In this document: in pieces, positions 10,937 to 22,887 of the stretch
How positions within the stretch are numbered: the first letter of the stretch is position 1
Layout of the letters: each line of letters starts with the position of its first letter
IMG/VR virus record: IMGVR_UViG_3300020201_000071
Location: 1 to 33,305 of that record
Length of the DNA: 33,305 nt
Reading direction: 5' to 3' (one strand)
Source: a virus
Made by a program: the position numbers and the translations under genes
Notes under the pieces: model-generated
Seen by the model: the letters and a program-made list of their open reading frames with translations, nothing else
Told to the model about the DNA's origin: nothing
Database searches by the model: none

Positions 10937-13309
10937 TTACTCATTAAACGTTGCACCTGATTTACTAACTACGAACTCAACGTTCAAGATTTCAGTAGAT
11001 TTTGTTGGGATAAGGAATACTCTACCATTCATAGTATTTCTATCTTGATCTGCTGGTGTATTGTTTGTTTCATCAATAACAACCTTGAATGCTTCCAAAC
11101 CTTGCTTTTGGGCAATGTCTGCAAGAATTGGATTAACAAGTTGTTGGAATCTTGTTCTTGTTTGTGGATTGTTTGGTTCGAATACCAAGAACTTAACAGC
11201 CGAAGCAATTAATTTCTTAGCTTTGATTAACAATCTACGAACATTAACTCTATCCAAAGCAGAAGACTTCAATTGAAGAGTCTTTTGTCCCCATACAACG
11301 CCTTGTGGTACGTCTGGGAATCTTGCAATTGGGTTAATTCTATTTAATGATAACTTATCACGTTCAGATTGCGTAAGTTGATCAAGTAATGATAGAACAT
11401 CGAAACCAATAGTGTCTCTGCTCAAACCACCTCTATTCATACCCGCTGGCGCAAACCAAGGTTGTGAAACTCTATCTGTAAAGGCAATAACTCCAAGCAT
11501 TGGAATTGACGCTGGAACAGTCATAGCTAGACCATTTACATCATCATTGATTCTGATACCTGGATAGTAAACTGCAGAATAAGAAGTATCAAAACCTCTA
11601 CCTCTAACTTCTTGTACGACCGCATCAACAGTCGAACCTGAAATATCCATCAAGTAGAAAGCATCGGCTCTATCAACCATCTTTTGTGACGCATAGTCAC
11701 AAACTTTGCTTGAATAAATTCCAGGAATCGCCAAAAGATTAATGTCGATATAATCTGGATCTGCAATAATATCAATCGCTTCTCTAAGAGCTTGCGTTCC
11801 GAGTTGTGAAATACCAGCTAATTGTGATTCGTTCGATAGAGGATTAACTAATCTTCTATCGAAACCATCTGAGCCGAAAGCTACTGGAACGGTAAACTTA
11901 GCATATTGTGGTTCAAGAACAGTATGAGTAGTTGAGTCGCCAGGAACTTTTCTTGAAAGAACTGGATTGCTTGTGTTGTAAAGTAACGTACTCAATGAGT
12001 TACCAGAAACATACGTTAACGTAAAGTCAGCATCAGAACCTGTCATTGCAGAGAATCTATCGAATCTCGCAGCAACGTTGCCTGATAGAACCGTTTCTAG
12101 GCCCCAATAAACATAACTTTGTGCTTCTGATTGGGTTTCTTTATCTTTGAGATCTGCTGTCAATGGAAGATCTTTAATAAGACTTGAAAGCGTACCAGAT
12201 GAAAGATTTGGTTTCGCCAAACCTCTATATCCCCATGGTAATGCTGCCGCTGGGAATGAACCAGTTGTTGATTCTACGCGGATAAGTTTTGATCTATTTT
12301 GGTAATCACCAAGTTCGACCATCTTACCTCTTGTATTATCGTAACTAAAGAACTTGTCGCCAATAGCGCGCATAACGTAACTTGGATCGGTAGGGTCAAA
12401 TGAAAGATTTGGGAAACTTTCAACAACCGAACGATTCTTATCTGTATCGCCAAATGTTCTAATTTCTAAATCGAAACGACCAAATTCAGAAACGCTTGGA
12501 GCTTGAGAAACACGAACGTTACTAATGGAAACTTTGAATCTTCCATTTTCCGCTTCGCCGTGACCAAGGGTATGAATTCTAATTAAATTAAATTCATTTC
12601 CACCGAATGCTTGTGATTTAATCCATGGTGTTGAACCTGAGTTATAACCAAAGGCGAAACTCGTAACAACTGCGTGGCTTGAAGAATTGAAATTAGCATT
12701 TCCACCAGCAAGTAATTTTACGCCATAATCGTATACTTCGCGAACATAATAGCCTTGTGTTCCAAATAAGGTTGGATCTGTATTTAAAACTTTCTTAATG
12801 TAATTTGAAGAACCGCTCAAGAAAGAAGCGGTAACTGCAACTCTAGGATCGTATCCTGCGCCGCCTGTACCAGAAATTTCAATAAAGCATTCATCATTTA
12901 CTAAGTCCGTAATTACGAGATCAGCCGATCCTGTAATTTCAATCAAAGCGAGACAAGTGTTTGTTGAACCTGATTGGCCATTAATAGACCAAATACTGTC
13001 TGCGCTATAGCCAGCAGCTACAGCCGTACCATTAACCGTTCTACCTTCTGGTCCAAGGACGCGAATAATATTCGCTGTTCCTGCATTTTTCAGATAAGCT
13101 CTTGCAGCATATCCGAGGATACTATTTTTATCTAAATCACCGAAAAACGAAATGAATTCAGACATATCACTAACTGTAACTGGAACGAAAGCTGGACCTT
13201 TTGGTGCAGTACCAATTATAGCCGCTCCAATAGAACCGACGCCTGGTCCCAAGAATGAAGCGTCAGTCTCACTTGTAAAAACACCTGCACTAACGAATGA
13301 CTTAGCCAT
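10937..13309 (-). CDS. tail sheath protein (T4 gp18-like)
   Basis: Long intact ORF; likely ATG at 13309 (MAKSFVSAGVFTSETDASFLGPGVGSIGAAIIGTAPKGPAF) rather than the TTG at 13345. No in-phase CGG seen. Confidence 0.92.
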   Translation of the reverse strand: MAKSFVSAGVFTSETDASFLGPGVGSIGAAIIGTAPKGPAFVPVTVSDMSEFISFFGDLDKNSILGYAARAYLKNAGTANIIRVLGPEGRTVNGTAVAAGYSADSIWSINGQSGSTNTCLALIEITGSADLVITDLVNDECFIEISGTGGAGYDPRVAVTASFLSGSSNYIKKVLNTDPTLFGTQGYYVREVYDYGVKLLAGGNANFNSSSHAVVTSFAFGYNSGSTPWIKSQAFGGNEFNLIRIHTLGHGEAENGRFKVSISNVRVSQAPSVSEFGRFDLEIRTFGDTDKNRSVVESFPNLSFDPTDPSYVMRAIGDKFFSYDNTRGKMVELGDYQNRSKLIRVESTTGSFPAAALPWGYRGLAKPNLSSGTLSSLIKDLPLTADLKDKETQSEAQSYVYWGLETVLSGNVAARFDRFSAMTGSDADFTLTYVSGNSLSTLLYNTSNPVLSRKVPGDSTTHTVLEPQYAKFTVPVAFGSDGFDRRLVNPLSNESQLAGISQLGTQALREAIDIIADPDYIDINLLAIPGIYSSKVCDYASQKMVDRADAFYLMDISGSTVDAVVQEVRGRGFDTSYSAVYYPGIRINDDVNGLAMTVPASIPMLGVIAFTDRVSQPWFAPAGMNRGGLSRDTIGFDVLSLLDQLTQSERDKLSLNRINPIARFPDVPQGVVWGQKTLQLKSSALDRVNVRRLLIKAKKLIASAVKFLVFEPNNPQTRTRFQQLVNPILADIAQKQGLEAFKVVIDETNNTPADQDRNTMNGRVFLIPTKSTEILNVEFVVSKSGATFNE

Positions 13310-13453
13310 ATTATTATATATTCTCCATTGTTTTCTTAAAAACAATAATATTAGATGTTATTGTTTTTTTACTAACCTGCTTACAATCCTTATTTGAACA
13401 TAATTTTGCCATCTATTTATGGTCTCCTAAGATTGAAAATATTGCAATTCTAT

Positions 13454-13466
13454 TATATAAGTATAG
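13454..13466 (-). promoter_or_regulatory. putative late-promoter-like motif CTATACTTATATA upstream of sheath
   Basis: + strand TATATAAGTATAG; the identical 13-mer occurs at 10901..10913, also in an intergenic gap. Confidence 0.4.
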
Positions 13467-13542
13467 CAACAAGACCTTAAAGGAACTTTAAAAGCCTATA
13501 TAGTTATTTATTGAAATTCTTATTAATTTCTTTCACGACCAT

Positions 13543-14545
13543 TTATGCAAGTAACGATAGATATTTAGTCCCAGCTCTACTGTAAGAACCTGTCTTATCT
13601 ATTAAATAATAACCTCTTGGATTTCCTGGAGATAATTCTTCATTATCGTAAATTTCCCAATAATACATGTCTGTAAAGTTGTTTGCATTTGCAATATCTG
13701 TTACTTTTTGAATTAACGGTCCTGGGCTTAAATTATTAAATAAGAACCCTGAATCGTTTTCAGGCCAGCCAAACTCACCCACCATCATTGGTACGTAATT
13801 TCCAACTTGTCTTTTTACTGTTTTAATGGCTTTTGTAAATAATTCTTCAATTTTTCCTTCTGTAAATGTCTGTGTTCCCCAGGTATTTATTGCCTCATAT
13901 AAAGAAAAACTTACAATATCTGGTCTTGCTATTGGGAATACATCTCTGTGAACTCGTATTCCGAGAAGGATCTAAACACCTATTTACCTCAACTGAATGT
14001 AAGAGTACGCTCGTACTTCGTACGTTTTTCCTTGCATCATTCACGGCTTTTTGACGAACAGCTAAATTGGCTGCCATTCTTTCAGCTCGATATGGAGGAA
14101 CATTAGTTGAATCTATAAAATTTCCTAAAAGTGCCCAATCACCTTCCCATTGATTTATAATAAAAGTTTTATTAGAATAATTACCTAACAAGTAAACGCC
14201 TAAATTATAGATTTCTGCATATTCGTTCTCTAATTGAGTCCTAGAAATATCGACAATCCAAGGATGATTCGTTCCATTAGCAAATGTCCAAGTATTGAAA
14301 TAATATCTTTTAACTTGAGAATCGTTAAATACGATTTGGAATGGAGTTGTTGCAGCTAGTTCAGCTAATGTTGTTGGTGTAGAGCCCCAAGATTGAGTAG
14401 GATAAACTGTAGCGTAATTTGGAGCCAATTGAAGTTTAGAAGCAGAAAAACCAATAGTTTTTCCAGCATTAAATCCAGTAATTAAAAATGAAGAAGTACT
14501 TGGATACTTACCATCTATATGTGCGAAACCATGTACTACTGACAT
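13543..14545 (-). CDS. glycoside-hydrolase-like (TIM-barrel-like) tail-associated protein, one CGG +1 shift
   Basis: ORFs 13895..14545 and 13543..13788 join through CGG at 13961..13963 with open sequence between them; glycosidase-like WEGDW and GEFGWPE segments. 1003 nt = 3n+1. Confidence 0.7.
13961..13963 (-). other. CGG +1 recoding site 9: TCT [C] GGA; RCLDPS|GIRVHRDVFPIARPDIVSFSLYEAINTWG
   Basis: Phase matches 14545. Confidence 0.92.
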
Positions 14546-14557
14546 TCATCAATCTCC

Positions 14558-16671
14558 TTATGAAATGAAAGCATAACTAGAAGCAACAATAGTAGTCGAG
14601 CCTGACCCTGCCGTCCCACCTGATGAAGATAACGTAATATCAAAAACACTTGAATTAGGCGTTCCTGCGGCGCTTATCCCTTTACAATCGGCGCTTTCTC
14701 TTCCAATTACCACATAATCATTGTTTGTATTATCGTACCAAGACATTGAAAAAGCACCGTTGCCAGTTCTTTGTGTAGTCATGACGGTTGCAAAATCACT
14801 TAGGCGCAGTAGATTTAAGTTAACTGTTCCGTCCTGCACTGCCTGTAATAGTTCCATTCACAGAAGAAGTTAGTGAGTGGTAAGTTACCCATTTCTTTAA
14901 AAACCAAGGTCCAGAAACTCCTATCCAAAATCTATAGCGTTTACCCAATTTAATATTGGCTTTTCTTGCATATGATCCAGTTGCTTCAGGATATTGATTA
15001 AATAGACTTATTGCATCATTCCAAAACTTGATTGGATGCAGTTCGAAATCTCCCCAATTCAAAGTCATAGGAATAGCACTAGCCCATCCAGAACCAAGAA
15101 ATTCACTGGAAGTTAATGACATTTGCATACTAAAATCCATAGTATTTGAATTTCTTATGCAGTATTCATATACAACACTATTCAAAAAATATTGATCTTC
15201 AGGGATACTTGCCGTCCTTTGGATGGAAGTACCTAACTCGCCATAATTAGGGCCATATGCATTTGACGACGACGCTATACACCAAGCAGTAGTATGGTTG
15301 TGCGCGCCTTCACCAAGCGGACTACAATCACTGGTGTAATTGATATAAGCCCAAGATCCCCATAGACTACAACCGACCAGCGCTATTAAACAAAAATGCA
15401 GAAGTTAAAACATTTTTTCCTTTAATTAGAGAAGTAGTACCACTATGATCTATTCTATGGTGAATCATAGATCCGCCGGCATTAACAAGATTGGCTAATG
15501 TGTAACTTCTAGACAAAGTTTGTTTGAATTCTTCTGCGCCAAATATTCCGCCACCAGGCGCCATAACGTGATAAACAAAAGCGCTTTGCCTTAATACTGG
15601 ATTATTTTCAGGCACGTTTACTTCAATAAGACGGAAATCCATATCCCCCGAACCACTTCCGTTAATATATAAAGGCTTATTGAAGGTATCGGTACCGACA
15701 AGAATTGAATTTAAGCGTGTTGGATTAGTTGCGGCATTATTATTATAACTGTAAGTTACACCTAGAAAACCGCCTATCGTCTCCATTCTTGTTACGACAC
15801 TTGATGCTGCATTGAAGGAATGTGAAGTATCAATTACGTAAGATCCGGTATCGTATATCCAAATATCTCTAGTGAGAGCGCCACCAATCAAAGCCATTTG
15901 ATAAAGAGCGCGAGGACTTTGAGCGCTAGCCGAGTTATCAATTTGATATGCAGCGCTAAAATTTGTCGCAGCAATCCCAGCATTATTGGAATACATTTCT
16001 ATCCACGCTTGGTGAATAACTCTTCCATCTGTTTCAGGTAAGAAAGTATTTAACGCAGGTATCTGATTTATAGGTGCTGGAATTGCACCTGTAAATACAC
16101 CAACTTGAGACATTGTTGTTAATAGCGTAGTATGATGTGATTGAATTGGAATTCTTACAGTTTTAACTAATTTAAGGGCAGTTGAATCTTCATATTCGTA
16201 AGTGAAATATAATTTTGCGCTTAAGTTGGTAATAGAAGATGAGATAACTGTGGCTATTCTTGCAGATAACTGAAACACTCCACTAAGTTCTCCAATGCCA
16301 AAACTTGAATCAGTTACTTCTGGAGTAAAATCAACTAACCAAGTAAAATTTTGAGGATCGGCAGTATTCGTTTGAATGCTAAAACCTTGAGATACTCCGT
16401 AAGTTTTTCTAACATAGGAAGCAGAAACACTTCCTGATGATATGCCAAATTCAACTCCGCTAAGATTTGTAGCAACAGAAAACCAATCGTTCCAGCAATA
16501 TTCCGCCATGACACTTTTAAATGTTCTACTTCCTGATTCTGGAAAAGAACAAGTAATAGCAGGAAATTCATAAAATTGCGAAGTTGACTGAGTCAAATTA
16601 ATCCCTGTAGCCATTCTAGTATCTGTTAATGTCGGGACAACATACTCAACTGTTTTTACTCTTATTGCCAT
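14558..16671 (-). CDS. tail fiber / surface structural protein, two CGG +1 shifts
   Basis: ORFs 15367..16671, 14820..15185 and 14558..14857 join through CGGs at 15373..15375 and 14829..14831; 2114 nt = 3n+2. Confidence 0.75.
14829..14831 (-). other. CGG +1 recoding site 10: GGA [C] GGA; TITGSAG|GTVNLNLLRLSDF
   Basis: 0-frame CGG AAC AGT TAA; phase matches 15185. Confidence 0.9.
15373..15375 (-). other. CGG +1 recoding site 11: GGT [C] GGT; LFNSAG|GCSLWGSWAYINYTSDC
   Basis: 0-frame CGG TTG TAG; phase matches 16671; about 60 unannotated codons open between ORFs. Confidence 0.9.
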
Positions 16672-16681
16672 TTTTAATCCT

Positions 16682-19600
16682 TTAAGTGTTTCTCATAAAT
16701 AACTGAACAACTAAATAGGTAACTGTTGTCGCAGAATCGATATTAAATACCAGTGAATCACCGGCAATTACAGAAGTTGTCCAAGTTGTAAGAGTTTTAT
16801 CTTCATTTCTTACTACTGCTGCTAGTGTAGGTTTTTCACTACCTGCGATCGTATCTGCGACAGTCGGAGGAAAATTAAGGTAGGTGTCTTTCCAAACGTC
16901 TACAACAACACTACCAGCAATAGGTGAAATAATTCGCCATCCTGTAATTGAAGCGTTAAACGGAACCTCTGCAACGTAAGCCTTAGCGCCTACTGCTAGT
17001 ACTTGCCCTCCGTCCATCGAAAATGGCTGTAACCATTCTAGTACCAAATGATTGGGTTAGCGCGTTTATGGATTGACTAAAAGTATTCAATGAAGAAGTG
17101 AATGGGCCATAAGTAGTTGAAGCAATAGAGCGTACGGACGCGCTAAATGAAGAAGTGAATCCATTTATGGATTGCGTGAATGCGTTTATGGTTGCACTAA
17201 AGGTATTCAATGAAGAAGTGAATGGGCCATAAGTAGTTGAAGCAATACTTTGAACAGAACTTGAAAATGAAGAAGTGAATCCATTTACAGATTGACTAAA
17301 GGTATTTATGGTTGCACTAAAAGTATTCAATGAAGAAGTGAATGGGCCATAAGTAGTTGAAGCAATACTTTGAACGGAACTTGAAAATGAAGAAGTGAAT
17401 CCATTTACAGATTGGCTAAAAGTATTTATGGTTGCACTAAAGGTATTCAATGAAGAAGTAAATGGACCATAAGTAGTTGAAGCAATAGAACGTACGGATG
17501 CACTAAATGAAGAAGTGAATCCATTAACGGATTGGCTAAAAGTATTTATGGTTGCACTAAAGGTATTCAATGAAGAAGTAAATATGTTCATTGAGGCTGT
17601 AAAAAGACCATAAGAAGAAGTTAGAAGATAGCGTAAATCTTGTACTTCTCTAGGATAAAATAAGGTTACTCTCGCACTTGTTCCTGTTGATCCAGACGAA
17701 ACAATAAAAGCAGTAGAGCCAGATGGAATTTCCATTCCTGCGTTAGCTGCAAGATTATTAAATTTTCCAGCAGTTTGCGGAAATAATATAAATGAATAAT
17801 CCCCAATATTTTGAAAAACAAAATCAGCTCCAGCTACGAAAGCAGTATTTAATTTTACTGATGCTGTATGATTGTTGTCACTGACGATGTAGTTGTAACG
17901 ATAACCAGATGTTGTTGCGCCAGCTTGTGTGCCGCCAATAGCGGCAGTCAAATGAACGTAAGCACTTAAAGCAGTGGTATTATCAAGTGAAATTTTAAAT
18001 CCATATGATTTTTCATTTCCACCCCAAACAACATCGCCATCAACAATTAATTCATTGCCTGGCACTGGTGAAATAGGTCCGATTCTTACGCCAGTTCCTT
18101 TAATGTACGTATATCCAGAGCCCCAATTTATATTTGTTCCGCGAGCTTCATATGATCCGTAACTGCTTAGATTAGACCAAGAATCGGTAAAACCTTCGAT
18201 TGAAAAGTCGTTCGTGGCTGCCGCAATAACTGCTCCAGTTACGATATATTGACCACCTTTACTGATAGTGACGGCAGTAGTAGCTCCAGGATTAGAGCCT
18301 GTTAAAGTACTCATCGTAAAGTGATGAATATTTTCTAATACAACTGGAGTTGTTGTCGATAGTGAAATATCTGCTGAAAGTTGTCCTTTCACTATATTTC
18401 TCATTTTTACCGCATTAGCATTATTGCCTTGTGCGTTAGTTACAATACTTGCGTACCTACAAGAAGTAACATCAATCGCGCCACTGTTTTGTAGGATATT
18501 AAAATATTCTATTCTATCGCAATGTAAGGCCTCAAGATATGAGGAACTATGAAACCAACAATCATTTAAGTTTGCATATCCGACATTAATATTTGAGGCA
18601 CCTAAATATGAGCTAACGGCAAAATCACAACCCTGAACTATAATAGTTTCAGATTGATATCCTAAGAAACCATAAAGAACGCTAGTGGTTCCGCTAAACT
18701 TAGTGCCAGCGATAGTAATATTATTTTTATTTCCAACTACAGAAACACAAGTCGGAACACCTATCAAAGCATTTGTCGAAGCAGAAAATACCGTAGTTCC
18801 TACGTCTACAATTCTAAATTGAGAAGTTGAATTGAACCCAAATATTTCAGGGAATGCAATAGAAGCCGTTGTGTTGCTTTCAATAAATCTAACAGTAGGA
18901 AGATATGGAGTAGTAGAAACGCCGCCGCCAGCATCAACGATAATTAACTTGCCTCTCATTTCTTCGAAACTGCCAGAAGGCCAGTTATTGGCGCCAGTAG
19001 GCTTATTGGCTACTGTAGAAGTTGAGCCTGCGCCAGCAGTTCCAGATAATGTTCCGGAAGTTACGGTACTTAATTTATAACTTCCAGGAATTACAATTTG
19101 ACCTTTGCCTGTAAATCCTTCAATATTATATCCGGCAAAAGTACCAGTTGAACTAATGATATAAACATTGTAGTTTAATGTTCTATTCGTATCTATGGCA
19201 AGTTGTTCTATTGCACCTTGAAAAGTTGCGAATGGATATATAATATAACTTCCACTCTTAAGAAATGGTCTAGCAACATTAACATCGTTCCCGCTTCCAC
19301 TAATGGCAATAATAATTTCGCCAGTTTGAGGTAAGCGAATTGATGCACTAAAAGTATTCAATGAAGAAGTAAATGGACCATAAGTAGTTGAAGCAATACT
19401 TTGAACGGATGCACTAAATGAAGAAGTGAATCCATTTACAGATTGCGTGAATGCGTTTATGGTTGCACTAAAAGTATTCAATGAAGAAGTAAATGGACCA
19501 TAAGTAGTTGAAGCAATACTTTGAACAGATGCACTAAATGAAGAAGTGAATCCATTTATAGATTGAGAAAACGTATTTATGGTTGCACTAAAAGTATTCA

Positions 19601-20750
19601 ATGAAGAAGTGAATGGGCCATAAGTAGTTGAAGCAATAGAATTTACGGATGCACTAAATGAAGAAGTGAATCCATTAACGGATTGGCTAAAAGTATTTAA
19701 TGAAGAAGTGAATCCATTTATGGATTGACTAAAAGCATTTATGGTTGCACTAAAAGTATTCAATGAAGAAGTGAATGGGCCATAAGTAGTTGAAGCAATA
19801 CTTTGAACGGATGCACTAAATGAAGAAGTGAATCCATTTACAGATTGACTAAAGGTATTTATGGTTGCACTAAAAGTATTCAATGAAGAAGTAAGTGGAC
19901 CATAAGTAGTTGAAGCAATACTTTGAACAGAACTTGAAAATGAAGAAGTGAATCCATTTACAGATTGACTAAAGGTATTTATGGTTGCACTAAAAGTATT
20001 CAATGAAGAAGTGAATGGACCGTAAGTAGTTGAAGCAATACTTTGAACAGAACTTGAAAATGAAGAAGTGAATCCATTAACGGATTGGCTAAAGGTATTC
20101 AAAGCACTAGTATCGGCACCACCAGCAGATCCAGTAATCATTATGAAACCAGAACCAGAATTTATAGTGACATTTGGTCCTGCAAGAATTTGAAGTGAGC
20201 CACTGTACCCATTAATATTGTTTACGTATCTGCCATCACTAATTGAATTTACAGATGCACTAAATGAAGAAGTGAATCCATTTACAGATTGACTAAAGGT
20301 ATTTATGGTTGCACTAAAAGTATTCAACGAAGAAGTGAATGGGCCATAAGTAGTTGAAGCAATAGAGCGTACGGATGCACTAAATGAAGAAGTGAATCCA
20401 TTTATGGATTGACTAAAAGCATTCAAAGCACTAGTATCGGCGCCAGCAGATCCAGTAATGACTATTTGACCTGAACCTGAATTTACTGTAATATTAGGTC
20501 CAGCAATAATCGAAACAGTTCCGCTAAATGTATTTACAGTTTGAGTATATCTTGCGTCTCCAGCAGCATGTACTGAAGACGTTAAAGAGTTATTGTAAGA
20601 AGAAGTTAGAAGAAATCTTGTATCTGAAGTTGTTGATATCACATCTCCAGTTACTTTAAGGCTTCCACTAACAACAATTATGCCAGCAGAAGAAGTTAAG
20701 GTCAAAAGTCCATTAGATTCAAGACCTTCTTCTATTTTAAAATTAGCCAT
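16682..20750 (-). CDS. repetitive long tail fiber protein, about 1355 aa, one CGG +1 shift
   Basis: ORFs 16983..20750 and 16682..17047 join through CGG at 17010..17012: MVTAIFDG|GGQVLAVGAKAYVAEVPFNASITGWRI; repeats of STTYGPFTSSLNTFSATINTFSQSVNGFTSSFSASVQSIA. 4069 nt = 3n+1. Confidence 0.85.
17010..17012 (-). other. CGG +1 recoding site 12: GGA [C] GGA; VTAIFDG|GGQVLAVGAKAYV
   Basis: Phase matches 20750. Confidence 0.94.
17055..17590 (-). repeat. tandem repeats of about 120 nt encoding the fiber shaft
   Basis: Recurring 'gcactaaaggtattcaatgaagaagtgaatgggccataagtagttgaagcaat...' units. Confidence 0.85.
19340..20435 (-). repeat. second block of fiber-shaft repeats of about 120 nt
   Basis: Same repeat family as 17055..17590, with variants. 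Confidence 0.85.
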
Positions 20751-22887
20751 TTATATAACCACCGCATTTCTGATAAATTTAACAGTATTACCTGGTGCTG
20801 ATCCAGATGCTATAATACTTAGAGTAGAACCAGTAAGACTTGCTGTAAAACCAACAAAAGTATTTCCAGGAAATGAAAGAATCGAATATTGAGTACTATT
20901 TACAATAGTTCCACTTTGTAATATGAAAGTTTCTTGTGCTTGACATGAGCTACCTGACGTTACTGTAAATATATACTTCATTGCACGAAATTCACTAGTT
21001 AAGAAGCTGTCAACAACAACTGCTGTAGTATTTACTGTCGTCCCATCTTGGGTTGCATTTTCAATAATGTGACCGGGTAGACTTTAAATTTCCACTAACA
21101 GCTATTATCGAACCACCGGTAGAACTTAAAATCAAATGTCCAACTGGATTAGTAATTGTTCCAGAAACTTTTAATAAATTTGTTACAAAAAAGTCAGTAG
21201 AACCAGTTACATTACCAGCAGATCCAGTAATAGAAATATCTTGACCAGAGGTATTAATTGTAATATTTGGACCTGCTGTAACTGTTATAGTCCCAAGAAG
21301 TCCGTTCACTGTTCTAGCGTATCTTGCATCTCCAATTGATTGTACTGATGCTGAAAATGATGCAGTAAAACCATTTAATGATTGAGTAAAATTATTATAT
21401 GAAGAAGTTAATACGTATCTTGAATCTAGAGCATTACTTACAAAATCCCCAGTTACTTTAAGCGCCCCACTAACAGTAATAAATGAAGTAGATGAAGATA
21501 AAATTAAATGACCAATATCGTTGACAATTGGCCCTCTTGTTGTTATTGTAGATAAATCAGTTACGAGTAATGAGCCACTTACAGTTATTCTTGAACCTGC
21601 CGAAGAAGATAAAATTAAATGACCAATAGGGTTTACAATTGAACCAGATACTTGAAGAATTTGCTTTACAAAGAAATTATCGGAACCAGTAACTTGGGTG
21701 CTTACCGCAGATGATTGAATCGACCATTTTGGAACTCCACCAATAATAGAGAGAACATCTAATTCTGATCCTGTTGCTGCTGGCATAAATCCAGCCGACA
21801 ATATAGTTGCTATTGCATGCATTCCACCACCAGCTAAAAAGCCGTGACCATGCGTATGATTAGCGGAAGCAGCTTGAGAAGAATTACCGCCATCACCTAC
21901 TACCGCAATATTTGGCGGAATAGCAGTAGAAATTGAAAGTGCACCTCCGCCGCCACCACCACTTCCGCCAGAAGACAATAAGTTATAAAGATCTATTCTC
22001 GCTTGATCTTGTTGATTGTCGAATAAATTAATTTCTGCTGCTTTTAATTTATCTATTACTCCAGCACCAACAAGACTTTCTTTAAGTTTGATCGCAACAA
22101 CATTTTGCGATTTATAAACCATTTTTGTATTTTTATCTTTTGTAGTTTCTGTTTTATTTCTACCATATGCTAATGTTTCATCTTTTGGATCAAGCATTAG
22201 GTAAACTGGGACTTTTATGTTATAGACATATTTTAATACTCTTTCTTCTGCAGAAAATTCTTCTACATTTGTTTGTGGAGTTACATTGCCGTCTCTATAG
22301 CCAACAAATCTATAACCTTCGCCGACCCCATTATTATATGCGGTATGCATAGCAAAAGAATCGAGATAGTCGTAATTATAAAAAATCTTCTCTAATATCT
22401 CGTTCATCTGAGTTTGATATTGAGCCCAAATTGTAATCTCGTAATAGATTGTACAAAAATCTGGAAAAGGAATTGTTAGATATTCTTCAACTGGAATTAC
22501 TTTTTTCTCAGGGAAATTACTTTTTCTTTTTTGATCTACAAGATTTTGTATGTTGGAAGTTTTTTCATGGATATTTTTTTTAACAGTTATATAAGGAACT
22601 TCTCGTACCATAGCCGAAGTTCCGGGAGTTCTGTCGATATTAACTCTCTTTAATGAAATCAAAGGAAGAATTAAAATTCCATTTTCGTCTCGGAGATCGT
22701 CTCTTGTAAGCTTCCAACGTTCGCCAGTTGCAAACATGATAGAGGCTTTTTTTCTGCCTCTTTCAGTTTCAACCATGATATTAAGCTTCTCGTCAAAATA
22801 TTTCTTGACGGTAGAATCAATAGTCTCTAAGGTCACCAACGGGATTTCGTAAGTTCCCTTTTTGTCGTTAAAAAAATTATTTGACAT
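20751..22887 (-). CDS. tail/neck structural protein with fiber-like C-terminal region, one CGG +1 shift
   Basis: ORFs 21061..22887 and 20751..20981 join through CGG at 21073..21075: SGNLKST|GHIIENATQDGTTVNTTAVVVDSFLTSEFRAMKYIFTV; 2137 nt = 3n+1. Confidence 0.75.
21073..21075 (-). other. CGG +1 recoding site 13: ACC [C] GGT; GNLKST|GHIIENATQDGTTV
   Basis: 0-frame CGG TCA CAT TAT TGA; phase matches 22887. Confidence 0.9.

Noticed and set aside
17055-20435. CRISPR array or noncoding repeats
   Set aside because: Repeat units are codon-phased, about 120 nt, and encode a repetitive fiber shaft without spacers.
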